From IMG/VR virus record IMGVR_UViG_3300014205_000210, positions 1 to 64,000 of that record: a stretch of 64,000 nucleotides of DNA. The stretch is one strand, 5' to 3'. This DNA is from an uncultured virus (IMG/VR IMGVR_UViG_3300014205_000210) (lineage: Duplodnaviria; Heunggongvirae; Uroviricota; Caudoviricetes). The number at the start of each line of letters is the position of its first letter. The first letter of the stretch is position 1. The notes beneath the pieces are model-generated. The model did no database searches and was not told the origin of the DNA. It was given only the letters and a program-made list of their open reading frames with translations. Both the position numbers and the translations under genes were made by a program. Of this stretch, positions 45,951 through 54,275 are shown piece by piece.

Positions 45951-46051
45951 ATAAAATTATAGTAGGAAACGTTTGGTTTCTTTACTAGCTATAATACAAA
46001 TAACGTTCAAACAAGACCCATTAACTTGGTTATATCCTACTATAATTTTAT
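45951..46051. repeat. perfect 17-bp inverted repeat enclosing a class I promoter motif
   Basis: ATAAAATTATAGTAGGA (45951-45967) / TCCTACTATAATTTTAT (46035-46051); TTTGTATTAT on the minus strand at 45991-46000. Confidence 0.85.
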
Positions 46052-46057
46052 TAGAAA

Positions 46058-47425
46058 TTATTTTGCATTAAAATCAGTACCACATTCAGGGCAAATATAC
46101 ACGGTGTTTGGCAAGAAAGTTCTCTCTGTAGTTCCTGCATATACACAAGTTGCTGTATCACAAGGCAATAGATTAGTTCCAGCTTTCCAAATAGGTACAT
46201 TACCTTTAACTTCTTGAAGAGCTTTCTTAATATCTGCCTGGTCATCTGTCGAAAGTTTAGCCCAATAAGGAAATACCTTAGTATAATCAATCTCTGAAGA
46301 CTCTTTTTTAACTTCCCTTTGAGGTCTTTCTGCTACAGGAGCTTCTTTACTTTCTTTATTAGCAGATTCAGGAATTTCTTGATGCTCAGTTTCATCTTGA
46401 GTAGTTTCAGTTTCTTGATTAGCAGCTTTTTCACTCTTCTCTTTGTCTACTAACTCACCAAGTTCTTTAGAAAAAGATTCACCAAGTTCAGCATCAGTCA
46501 TTTTGAATAAGCCAACAATGTTTCTATATAACTTATCATAACTTGCATGAGGAGTTAGTTTATCAACATCATAGCGTTCATATGCTTCTTCTTCTGCAGT
46601 AATAGGGTCTACTTTAGCAAGTTGTAAAGAAAGAGCTTCAAGCTTTTTCTCAGTAGCATCTTTTACTATAACAGGATTTTGCCCATCTCCAGTAGTACGG
46701 GCAATAACATCAATATCCCAATGATGATGATATTTAATAACGTTTTCCCAGATGCAATCATATGCTGTTTTGCTAATACCCACATTATTAACAAACTCAA
46801 CTACTTCTTCTTTACCATCAGCATTAACACGAGTAAAAGGATTTATAGCATCATAAAGAAGTTTAGTATGCTTGTTTTGTACACACCAATCGTCCATACG
46901 ATCTATAACATTCATCAATACTCGTTTAATAGGATAAAACTTTGGAGGATATTTAGCTCCTTCTTTTGTATTAGCTTGGACACGAGCAAAACATTTTGTA
47001 CCAGAATGGAGAGGAATATACTTCCCATTTTTACCATCACCAAGAGCAGCTTTTTCAGCATCAGAATAATTATACCATTTAGCTTCAGTGATTTTTTTGT
47101 AAAGACGGTAAAGAATCCAGCTTTCATCTAACTCAGGAATACCATCCTCATTTAGAATAGTTTTCCAAATAATATGAGTATACCCTGCTTGCCCATCCTT
47201 TATAATCCTGCTAAAAAATACTAATTTTGAATCAAAAGCATTTTTACGATTTTCAAAAGGCAAGCCAACAATTCGAAAAACCTTTTCAGTACGTGGTTCA
47301 TCACCTACGCGAAGACCAAGTTTTTCTGTTTTAACAAATTCAAAAGTCCCTGTGTTTGTTTTTTTACGAGCTTCTCTAGCTTTTTGCGATTCCCTTTTTT
47401 GTACGGCATCATCAAATACTGTCAT
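46058..47425 (-). CDS. probable single-stranded DNA-binding protein (gp32-like) with acidic linker and C-terminal Zn ribbon
   Basis: KVFRIVGLP, RVLMNVIDR, TKLL; acidic tail; CDTATC..CPECG; position next to recA; start MTVFDD at 47425 (AGAGG RBS). Confidence 0.55.
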   Translation of the reverse strand: MTVFDDAVQKRESQKAREARKKTNTGTFEFVKTEKLGLRVGDEPRTEKVFRIVGLPFENRKNAFDSKLVFFSRIIKDGQAGYTHIIWKTILNEDGIPELDESWILYRLYKKITEAKWYNYSDAEKAALGDGKNGKYIPLHSGTKCFARVQANTKEGAKYPPKFYPIKRVLMNVIDRMDDWCVQNKHTKLLYDAINPFTRVNADGKEEVVEFVNNVGISKTAYDCIWENVIKYHHHWDIDVIARTTGDGQNPVIVKDATEKKLEALSLQLAKVDPITAEEEAYERYDVDKLTPHASYDKLYRNIVGLFKMTDAELGESFSKELGELVDKEKSEKAANQETETTQDETEHQEIPESANKESKEAPVAERPQREVKKESSEIDYTKVFPYWAKLSTDDQADIKKALQEVKGNVPIWKAGTNLLPCDTATCVYAGTTERTFLPNTVYICPECGTDFNAK

Positions 47426-47505
47426 AAATTTTACCTCTTTTTTAGATGCTAAAAGCATCAGTGTTTTATATATACAAACTCATTTGAGTTTATAAAATTT
47501 AATTA

Positions 47506-47850
47506 TTAGTGCTTCTGAGCAGAAAAACTTTCCTGAAGTTCTTTATATAGAACAGGTTGAGCTAAGTCATCAAGTCCAACTTTAGTTAAACAAGTAATAG
47601 CTTCTTTAACTTCAGTATATCGTATAAAGATATCATAGAAAAACAATAATAACGTACGTAGGTTTGCAAGATCTACTTCTTTTCCTTTATCAAAAATAAA
47701 TAGCTCAAGGGCTTCAAGTTCTTTTGAAAGACAGTCTTTTTCTTCATCTTCAAGTACATTTTTACTTAAATATTCAATAAAGGTACCCATATCAGTTGTA
47801 TTGATACCTAAGCTTTTAAAAATATCATCTTCATTATGATTTACTTTCAT
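47506..47850 (-). CDS. hypothetical acidic protein
   Basis: 114 aa ORF, GGAG RBS, first gene of the leftward arm. Confidence 0.6.
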   Translation of the reverse strand: MKVNHNEDDIFKSLGINTTDMGTFIEYLSKNVLEDEEKDCLSKELEALELFIFDKGKEVDLANLRTLLLFFYDIFIRYTEVKEAITCLTKVGLDDLAQPVLYKELQESFSAQKH

Positions 47851-47876
47851 ATACTAATTTCTCCGTGGTTTATTAT

Positions 47877-47955
47877 ATAATACAAATCAACGCAAATTGT
47901 AGAAATTTTTTTATGCGAAATAAAAATTTCTAGTTTTCTCACACTTTTGTATTCT
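47877..47955. promoter_or_regulatory. divergent promoter pair around an 11-bp dyad
   Basis: TTTCTA-17nt-TATTAT (minus) and TTTCTA-17nt-TATTCT (plus); TAGAAATTTTT 47900-47910 / AAAAATTTCTA 47922-47932. Confidence 0.7.
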
Positions 47956-48005
47956 AATAATATCTGCCATTATACTAATAACAATAATAACCTTGAGAGG
48001 GTAGT

Positions 48006-49832
48006 TTGATATCTGAAATAGAGCAATTAAAATTTAACATTTATAATGATAATTTTTTTGAACCAGAAACTTATAAGTTAATTAAACCTCGTTTACTAGA
48101 CTTTTTATATACACTAGGATTTAATTTAACAGGTACTAGAAGACAAGCACATAAAGCAATATTTGTAGGGTCAGAAAGTGAAAATCCACTTCATCTTACA
48201 GGTATAAGTTGGTGGTCAGACCATAAAGAAGATATTAATAATGGAAAGGTTTATATTGCAAATAAAAATAACCTTGATGTTATGATACCATTATCCTTAA
48301 AAAATGCTGACACAATACAAAAGCATTATGAAACTCAATTTAGTAACCGAGTATATAATAAAGTAAAAAATGATATTATTGATGAAGAAACTAAGCAATT
48401 AGCAATTACCTGCAGAAAAATTTCAAAAGTATACGGACTTTCAAAGCATCCTAAGAGCAATATTGCTTGTTTTGATATTGATGCTCATCCTACAAGTATA
48501 GAAAATACAGAATTTTTTAAACAACAAGCCTTATCGACCCTACATATTTTATTAGATGAGTTAAATTACAAAGAGCCACTATATATAGAAATTTCTAAAA
48601 ATGGTGGATTTCATGTTTATTATGAATTTGATAAACCAGTAAAACCTGAAATATTAAAAAAGTTCGTTGATTATATAAAAGATAAGTATAATTCAGAAAC
48701 GTTTACAATTAATATTGATTTAAATTGGACAAATAAAATTCTTCAATTACCCATGAGCGTGTATTATCGGCCTATTAAACTATTAAATGCAGACACAAAA
48801 GATATTTCAAAAGTCAAATTTGAGTTTATAAGTACTCCTTTAGAAGCAATTAACCTCGTTAAAACTAACTTAAATAAGAACATTGTGTCTTATGATTCCA
48901 TAAAAATTAAATTTGAAGATATAGAAGAAGAGTATTCAGGGTCTATTTTCAAAAATACATATGAGACTCCAGTCAAATTTAGTACTAAAAAAGATCTTTT
49001 TTATGGGGCTGGAACCCGACATGAGACATGGTTCACAAAAGGAGCAGTATTCTTTTATTATAAAAAGTCAAATGGTACTCTTGAATCTTTTACTGAAATT
49101 GTATTAAGCTATGACAAAGGCAGTAATGATATTAAAAATGATCAAGCTAAAACTATTTTGAATGCTTTCAAATGGGTTCAAGAGCATTTTGATATGTCAA
49201 AACTAAAAACTCAAGTTGCTCAAGCATCTTCTGACTTTGTTTCAAATCAGCCTTATATAGAAAAATATGGTTATCAAAATCTTATCTCAGCTATATCTAA
49301 AGTAGCACTTCAAAAACATTTTTCATCATATTCTATTGCTTGGCAGGTTAAAGCACTCCCACTTATTAAAGATTATTACACAGAAGTCATTGGTAGAATG
49401 TTATTTGAACATGACACTAATTACACTATTAGCATCCACAAAAAAGTTAGGCTAACAGCTAAATTTAAAAAAGAATTAGAAAAATGTTATTTCTTCTCAT
49501 TCGATCTTCTCGCTAAACATCTTTCACCAAAATATAAAAATATTAATATTTTAAAAGTACTTCGGGTACTCAATTCAGACAACATGGTTATTTCTCAAGC
49601 ACATGGTCATCTTAATCTCCCTACTATTAAAATAAAAAAATCTTATAAAATTAATAAAAATATAAGTATAGATACCCTATACCAAGACTTAACTTTAAAA
49701 TTGAAAAAAACATTAGAGCAATCAAAAAATATATTATTATACGTTAAACAAGCAAATGATACAAAAAATGAAAAATGTAAACTTTTATTAGATTTTTCAG
49801 ATATTGACCTGAATTTAATAAATTTTTGGTAA
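48006..49832 (+). CDS. archaeo-eukaryotic primase (AEP)/primase-polymerase or replication initiator
   Basis: CFDIDAH (DxD), ISKNGGFHVY (sxGxH), LQLPM, GAGTRHE PriCT-like segment. Confidence 0.75.
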   Translation: MISEIEQLKFNIYNDNFFEPETYKLIKPRLLDFLYTLGFNLTGTRRQAHKAIFVGSESENPLHLTGISWWSDHKEDINNGKVYIANKNNLDVMIPLSLKNADTIQKHYETQFSNRVYNKVKNDIIDEETKQLAITCRKISKVYGLSKHPKSNIACFDIDAHPTSIENTEFFKQQALSTLHILLDELNYKEPLYIEISKNGGFHVYYEFDKPVKPEILKKFVDYIKDKYNSETFTINIDLNWTNKILQLPMSVYYRPIKLLNADTKDISKVKFEFISTPLEAINLVKTNLNKNIVSYDSIKIKFEDIEEEYSGSIFKNTYETPVKFSTKKDLFYGAGTRHETWFTKGAVFFYYKKSNGTLESFTEIVLSYDKGSNDIKNDQAKTILNAFKWVQEHFDMSKLKTQVAQASSDFVSNQPYIEKYGYQNLISAISKVALQKHFSSYSIAWQVKALPLIKDYYTEVIGRMLFEHDTNYTISIHKKVRLTAKFKKELEKCYFFSFDLLAKHLSPKYKNINILKVLRVLNSDNMVISQAHGHLNLPTIKIKKSYKINKNISIDTLYQDLTLKLKKTLEQSKNILLYVKQANDTKNEKCKLLLDFSDIDLNLINFW

Positions 49833-49890
49833 TTTTTTATAATTAGTTTTGTATTCTTTAACTAATAATCATAGACAATTGGAGAAATTT

Positions 49891-50124
49891 ATGGGTTGGA
49901 ATTACAAAGAAGCTAATAATTTACGTGTTGGTGATAAACTACTTCAAAAAAGAACAAAAGAAGTTTGTGAAATAAAAAGCATTCTTGTAGATGACACTAC
50001 ATTTAAAACATCTCGTGTTGATGACACTTTTATGTTTTATGGTTTTAATGTAAAACGAAAAGCTTTGTCTCGACTTTTTGAAGTTAACACTACTGGGGAA
50101 TTAAAAGTAATAATTGAGGGGTAG
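49891..50124 (+). CDS. small SH3-like hypothetical protein
   Basis: Start likely ATG 49891 after GGAG; track start TTG lies in promoter motif 49848-49857. Confidence 0.55.
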   Translation: MGWNYKEANNLRVGDKLLQKRTKEVCEIKSILVDDTTFKTSRVDDTFMFYGFNVKRKALSRLFEVNTTGELKVIIEG

Positions 50125-50129
50125 CTCTT

Positions 50130-50582
50130 ATGGAACTATCAGGTAAAGAAACTCGAATACGAGAGTCTTTGAAGTCTATAACTTTAGTATTTAATAATTT
50201 GAATATACTTCAACAAGGAGCTAAAGGTGATGAAAAGTTAGTCTTGATTGAATTGTATTCTAAAGCTAATGCAATTAGATTAGCATTGATTCAATTGAAT
50301 ACTGATAAAGAAAAATTTATACAGTCTCATTTGGCTCCTAAAAAAGAAGCTATAACTTCTTCTAAAGAAGTTAGAAAAACAATGAGTCCTATTGATTTTG
50401 AGGTGGCTGAAAAATTACCAAAAATTATAATTAAGCCCAATAAGGAGCTTATTAAAAATTCAAAAACTAGCATGAGAATAGACGAAAAAACAGTAAATGA
50501 TGAAGTAAGTAAAAAATTACTAGATATTGGTAAAAATTTAGAAGACACAGAAGACATAAATCCAGGCGAATTAGGAGAGTAA
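50130..50582 (+). CDS. hypothetical protein
   Basis: 150 aa ORF, GAGGGG RBS. Confidence 0.6.
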   Translation: MELSGKETRIRESLKSITLVFNNLNILQQGAKGDEKLVLIELYSKANAIRLALIQLNTDKEKFIQSHLAPKKEAITSSKEVRKTMSPIDFEVAEKLPKIIIKPNKELIKNSKTSMRIDEKTVNDEVSKKLLDIGKNLEDTEDINPGELGE

Positions 50583-50585
50583 ATA

Positions 50586-50846
50586 ATGCAATTTGCAGAC
50601 TTCGTTTGCAGAGATTGTGGTTATAAGTTTGATGTTTGTAAAATGAGAGTTTTAGATAATTTTTCTGACATGAAAGAATTATGTCCACAATGTAAGAGTA
50701 AGAACACCGGGCCTCAATTAAAAGTAGCTATGCATGATGTTGCCGCTGGGAAATGTGGAAATAGCGAAACTGGGTATTCAACAGGAGTAACTTATCATCC
50801 AAGTACAGTAGGCAAAGTCAAAGGAACTAAAATTAAGAAGAGGTAA
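50586..50846 (+). CDS. FmdB-like zinc-ribbon protein
   Basis: DFVCRDCGYKFD..CPQCKS. Confidence 0.75.
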   Translation: MQFADFVCRDCGYKFDVCKMRVLDNFSDMKELCPQCKSKNTGPQLKVAMHDVAAGKCGNSETGYSTGVTYHPSTVGKVKGTKIKKR

Positions 50847-50850
50847 AAGC

Positions 50851-52140
50851 ATGAGTCGACGTAAAAAACGCAGAAGACAACTCACATTAAATGAAGAAAG
50901 TTTAGATCCAAATAGTTTTAATATTCAAGTTGAAGAAACTGAAGAAACTGAAGAAACTAAATTAAACATTTTAAAGGAGTTCAGCATAAAATTAAGAATT
51001 AAATTAAACATATTTAAAATAAAAGTATATAATTATTTTAATAGACGATTTGCTCGTTTTGTTATAAAACATAAAGTTAGTATAATTGTATACTGTATTA
51101 CTTTAGCTATATTTACTACATTATACTGCGATTATACTAAGCATTTAGGAATTTTCTTTCAAAAAGAAAGTGTAATGCTTGAAAAAAGCAGAAAAGACTA
51201 TGAAGCTTTTAGAAAAATTAAACCACAAAACCTTCATTTAAGATGGCTATTAACATTAGCTGACTTTAAAAAAGAAAGTGGGCCTGATTTAAAATTAGGA
51301 GCAATTGAAAAGGTTGTAAATTCTCTTGGTGCAAATGTTACTGCGAAAGATAGTAACATTTTAGCTAAAAAGATAGACGCATATATGGAAGTAGGGCTTA
51401 CCTATGCAATTAGTATTTCTCAAGTAAAGCCAGGAGACTTTATTATTTTTAAGCCTAAGTGGGTTAATGGAAAACAGATTCACGATAGAGTTGGTCTTGT
51501 AGAAGAAGTAACTTCAAATGGATATGTAAAATATGTAGATTGGAATGAGGGTATAGGTACTCTTTTTCAAACTGTTAGAAGTACAGACCCTTCAATTGAA
51601 AAATTTGTAGAGTTTTCATGGCCAATTTGGACTGGAACATTACTTCATAATGGGATACGTGTTACCCGAGGATTTAGCGAAGTTAAACATTATGGCATAG
51701 ATTTTCGTATGTCTAATAGCGAGCGGGCTGTGTATTCATTTACTGATGGAGTTGTTGTAAAAGCCTATAATAAATATGACTCAAAGTTTCGGTGGACTCA
51801 AGAGAACTCAGGAGGAAACTATTGTATTGTACGTTCAAAATATCATGGCCAAATAGTTTATTTAGAGTACTTTCATTTGGAAAATTTATCTGTAAAACTT
51901 GGAGACACTATTGCAAAAAATACTAAACTAGGAAACTACGCTGATATAGGGTATAGTTTTGGGCGACATTGTCATTTATCAGTATTTTATAAATTTGCTA
52001 ATGAGTCTCCTTCAGAACCAATGGACCCAATGCCTTTACTAGCAGAAAATACTTCATTTATTTTATTTAATGAATATTTAGACATTGATGACCCAAACTT
52101 TGTTGCTTCAAATCAATTTATGGATCATCCAATATTATAA
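50851..52140 (+). CDS. membrane-anchored M23 peptidase (peptidoglycan endopeptidase)
   Basis: N-terminal TM helix; HYGID (HxxxD), GGNY, YFHL, HCH. Confidence 0.85.
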   Translation: MSRRKKRRRQLTLNEESLDPNSFNIQVEETEETEETKLNILKEFSIKLRIKLNIFKIKVYNYFNRRFARFVIKHKVSIIVYCITLAIFTTLYCDYTKHLGIFFQKESVMLEKSRKDYEAFRKIKPQNLHLRWLLTLADFKKESGPDLKLGAIEKVVNSLGANVTAKDSNILAKKIDAYMEVGLTYAISISQVKPGDFIIFKPKWVNGKQIHDRVGLVEEVTSNGYVKYVDWNEGIGTLFQTVRSTDPSIEKFVEFSWPIWTGTLLHNGIRVTRGFSEVKHYGIDFRMSNSERAVYSFTDGVVVKAYNKYDSKFRWTQENSGGNYCIVRSKYHGQIVYLEYFHLENLSVKLGDTIAKNTKLGNYADIGYSFGRHCHLSVFYKFANESPSEPMDPMPLLAENTSFILFNEYLDIDDPNFVASNQFMDHPIL

Positions 52141-52156
52141 GACTTAAGGAGAAATT

Positions 52157-52741
52157 ATGATTAATCTTGCTGATGTACCAGAGTACTTTGAAAAATATAA
52201 AAAGACATTTTTTGAAGTAACTGAATTTTGCGAAGGCCTTAAAGTTACTTATACTAAAAATAAAAAAGGTGCAATAGTATTCACTATTGTTAATTTAAAA
52301 GAAGCTACCACCGAAAATATTACTATTTGTTCGTCTTTAATAGAAAAATGTGACATGGAAAAGGCTTTTCAAAACTATCCAAAAAATATGATAATAGAGG
52401 GCCTTATAATTGGCAAAGGAATAAAAGGTAATTGTTATAATAAACCTACTTTTAGATTTTTAATGCATGATGTTACAACTGCAAAAACTAAAAAGCATTT
52501 AACAACTGAACATCGTGTTGATATATTTAATGATTTTCTCTTAAATGAAGGCAAACTTTGCCATGTGCCTCTTATCTGTGATGAAATTCAACTTTTTTCT
52601 GAATTTACTCCTAAGACTTTATTAGATTTTGTAAAAGAGAATTCTCTACTAAATAAAAATATACAACAAAAAGGGATAGCATGTAAATCATTGAAAAAAA
52701 TTAGTGGTAAAGTGCTTGAGTTTAAAGTACTAAACGCTTAG
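52157..52741 (+). CDS. inactive paralog of the RNA ligase nucleotidyltransferase domain
   Basis: Aligns by eye with C-domain of 31008..32084, but motif I EKIDG reads EFCEG. Confidence 0.75.
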   Translation: MINLADVPEYFEKYKKTFFEVTEFCEGLKVTYTKNKKGAIVFTIVNLKEATTENITICSSLIEKCDMEKAFQNYPKNMIIEGLIIGKGIKGNCYNKPTFRFLMHDVTTAKTKKHLTTEHRVDIFNDFLLNEGKLCHVPLICDEIQLFSEFTPKTLLDFVKENSLLNKNIQQKGIACKSLKKISGKVLEFKVLNA

Positions 52742-52750
52742 GAGTATATA

Positions 52751-53167
52751 ATGGCTGCAATTTATTATTTTGACTTAGCCCAGGTTCGTAAAGAAGTTAA
52801 TAATTCTGTAACATATACTAACTTTGTTATAAGAAATGGAGTTTGTAGTTCCACTGGGGTTATTTTAACTGAAAGTAAAAAATACTATTTACCAACAGAT
52901 TTAAAATTTTCTCAAATTCCTTCAGATAAAGTGCGATGTAAAATTTATGCAATTGCTTTTATTGACCCTTTTCTTGAATTTCCTACAATAGAATTAGCAA
53001 ATGTGAATATAGAAATAAAAACATATTTGACTAAATATGTATTATGTATAAAAGATAAAAAAGAAAATATGTATAAACGCCTTATTGAAATCGATCAAAA
53101 GTGTTTACTGCCATTTTTAGTATCTTCTAATGGAGTACTTCCAGAAGTAAAATATGATTTGGCTTAA
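52751..53167 (+). CDS. hypothetical protein
   Basis: 138 aa ORF, AGGAG RBS. Confidence 0.6.
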   Translation: MAAIYYFDLAQVRKEVNNSVTYTNFVIRNGVCSSTGVILTESKKYYLPTDLKFSQIPSDKVRCKIYAIAFIDPFLEFPTIELANVNIEIKTYLTKYVLCIKDKKENMYKRLIEIDQKCLLPFLVSSNGVLPEVKYDLA

Positions 53168-53236
53168 GATTATTGCTACTATAGTTTTATTATACCTTTA
53201 TTTTATAAAAATCCCTAAATTTGGAGCTAAGTCTAA

Positions 53237-53776
53237 GTGAATTCTAAAGGAGTAGGTAATTCTTACGAGCGTGAGTTTTCAAAAAAATTATCTTTGTGGG
53301 TTAGTAATAATACAAACGATGATCTGTTCTGGCGCGATTTATCCTCAGGTGCTCGCTTTACCTCACGTAAAAAACAAGGTAAAGATACTTGTGTAAAAGG
53401 AGATATTGTAGCTGTTGATTTAATTTATAAAGAATTTACTGATTTATTTTTTATTGACACAAAGTCATATTCTTCTATAAATCTATTATTTACTAATTTT
53501 TCAAATTTAGTTTCTAATGGCATTTTTCAACAATGGTTGAAAGTAAATAATGATTGCCCGTCTTCTATGATTCCTTTTATGCCTGTTAAAATACGCGATC
53601 GTAAAACTCCCGAATTTATTATATTCCCAATTACTACTAAGTTCCATTCTTCTGGGGCCATGTTATACGACTTAATTTTTAAATCAAAAAGATACTCTTT
53701 GTGGTTAATACTTCAAGATGATTTTTTTGTTTCTAATGATTGGCGTACATTTATGATGGAAAATAAAAAGATTTAA
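53237..53776 (+). CDS. Holliday junction resolvase-like PD-(D/E)XK nuclease
   Basis: KGVGNSYERE..LSLW, FWR..SSG, GDI, IDTK. Confidence 0.8.
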   Translation: MNSKGVGNSYEREFSKKLSLWVSNNTNDDLFWRDLSSGARFTSRKKQGKDTCVKGDIVAVDLIYKEFTDLFFIDTKSYSSINLLFTNFSNLVSNGIFQQWLKVNNDCPSSMIPFMPVKIRDRKTPEFIIFPITTKFHSSGAMLYDLIFKSKRYSLWLILQDDFFVSNDWRTFMMENKKI

Positions 53777-53805
53777 TTTTTTATTTTGATTTGTATAATT
53801 ATTAT

Positions 53806-53979
53806 ATGAAAGAATTAAACTACTCTGCAATTGTGAATTCAGTATGCAAACAATATGCATCACAATTTGATGATTGGGAAAGTGATTTCATGGAAGCGAT
53901 GTTATATAAAGAAAGTTTTTCTGAGAATATGAAAATAAAAATTTTAGAAATAAATAGAAAATATAGATGCAAGAGATAA
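53806..53979 (+). CDS. small hypothetical protein
   Basis: Likely start ATG 53806; TTTGTATAAT motif at 53790-53799. Confidence 0.5.
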   Translation: MKELNYSAIVNSVCKQYASQFDDWESDFMEAMLYKESFSENMKIKILEINRKYRCKR

Positions 53980-54275
53980 ATGATACTTTTATAGAAGCTC
54001 AAGTTAATAGACTGTATTATAATGCTTATACTCAAGTCATTGGTTTAATAGCTTTATATGGGCAAGTTAAAAAAATCCATCCTCATATTTTAAAAAAGAA
54101 TGGAAAGCGTAAAATATGGTCTGATAATTCTAAAGAAGAATTTTCTTATAGTGATGAACTAATTTGTACTATTACAAAAAAAGTAGATTTGAAAGATTTA
54201 GAAATTATTTTGGAAGTAGTATCAGGAGAATGGCACGATGAATTTAGCCCAAAAACTAATCCCACCAACTCTTAA
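53967..54275 (+). CDS. hypothetical protein
   Basis: 102 aa ORF overlapping neighbours. Confidence 0.5.
   Translation: MQEINDTFIEAQVNRLYYNAYTQVIGLIALYGQVKKIHPHILKKNGKRKIWSDNSKEEFSYSDELICTITKKVDLKDLEIILEVVSGEWHDEFSPKTNPTNS

Noticed and set aside
50932..50958. (GAAGAAACT)x3 tandem repeat as a contingency locus
   Set aside because: In-frame 9-mer encoding EET in a low-complexity region; copy changes would not switch expression.
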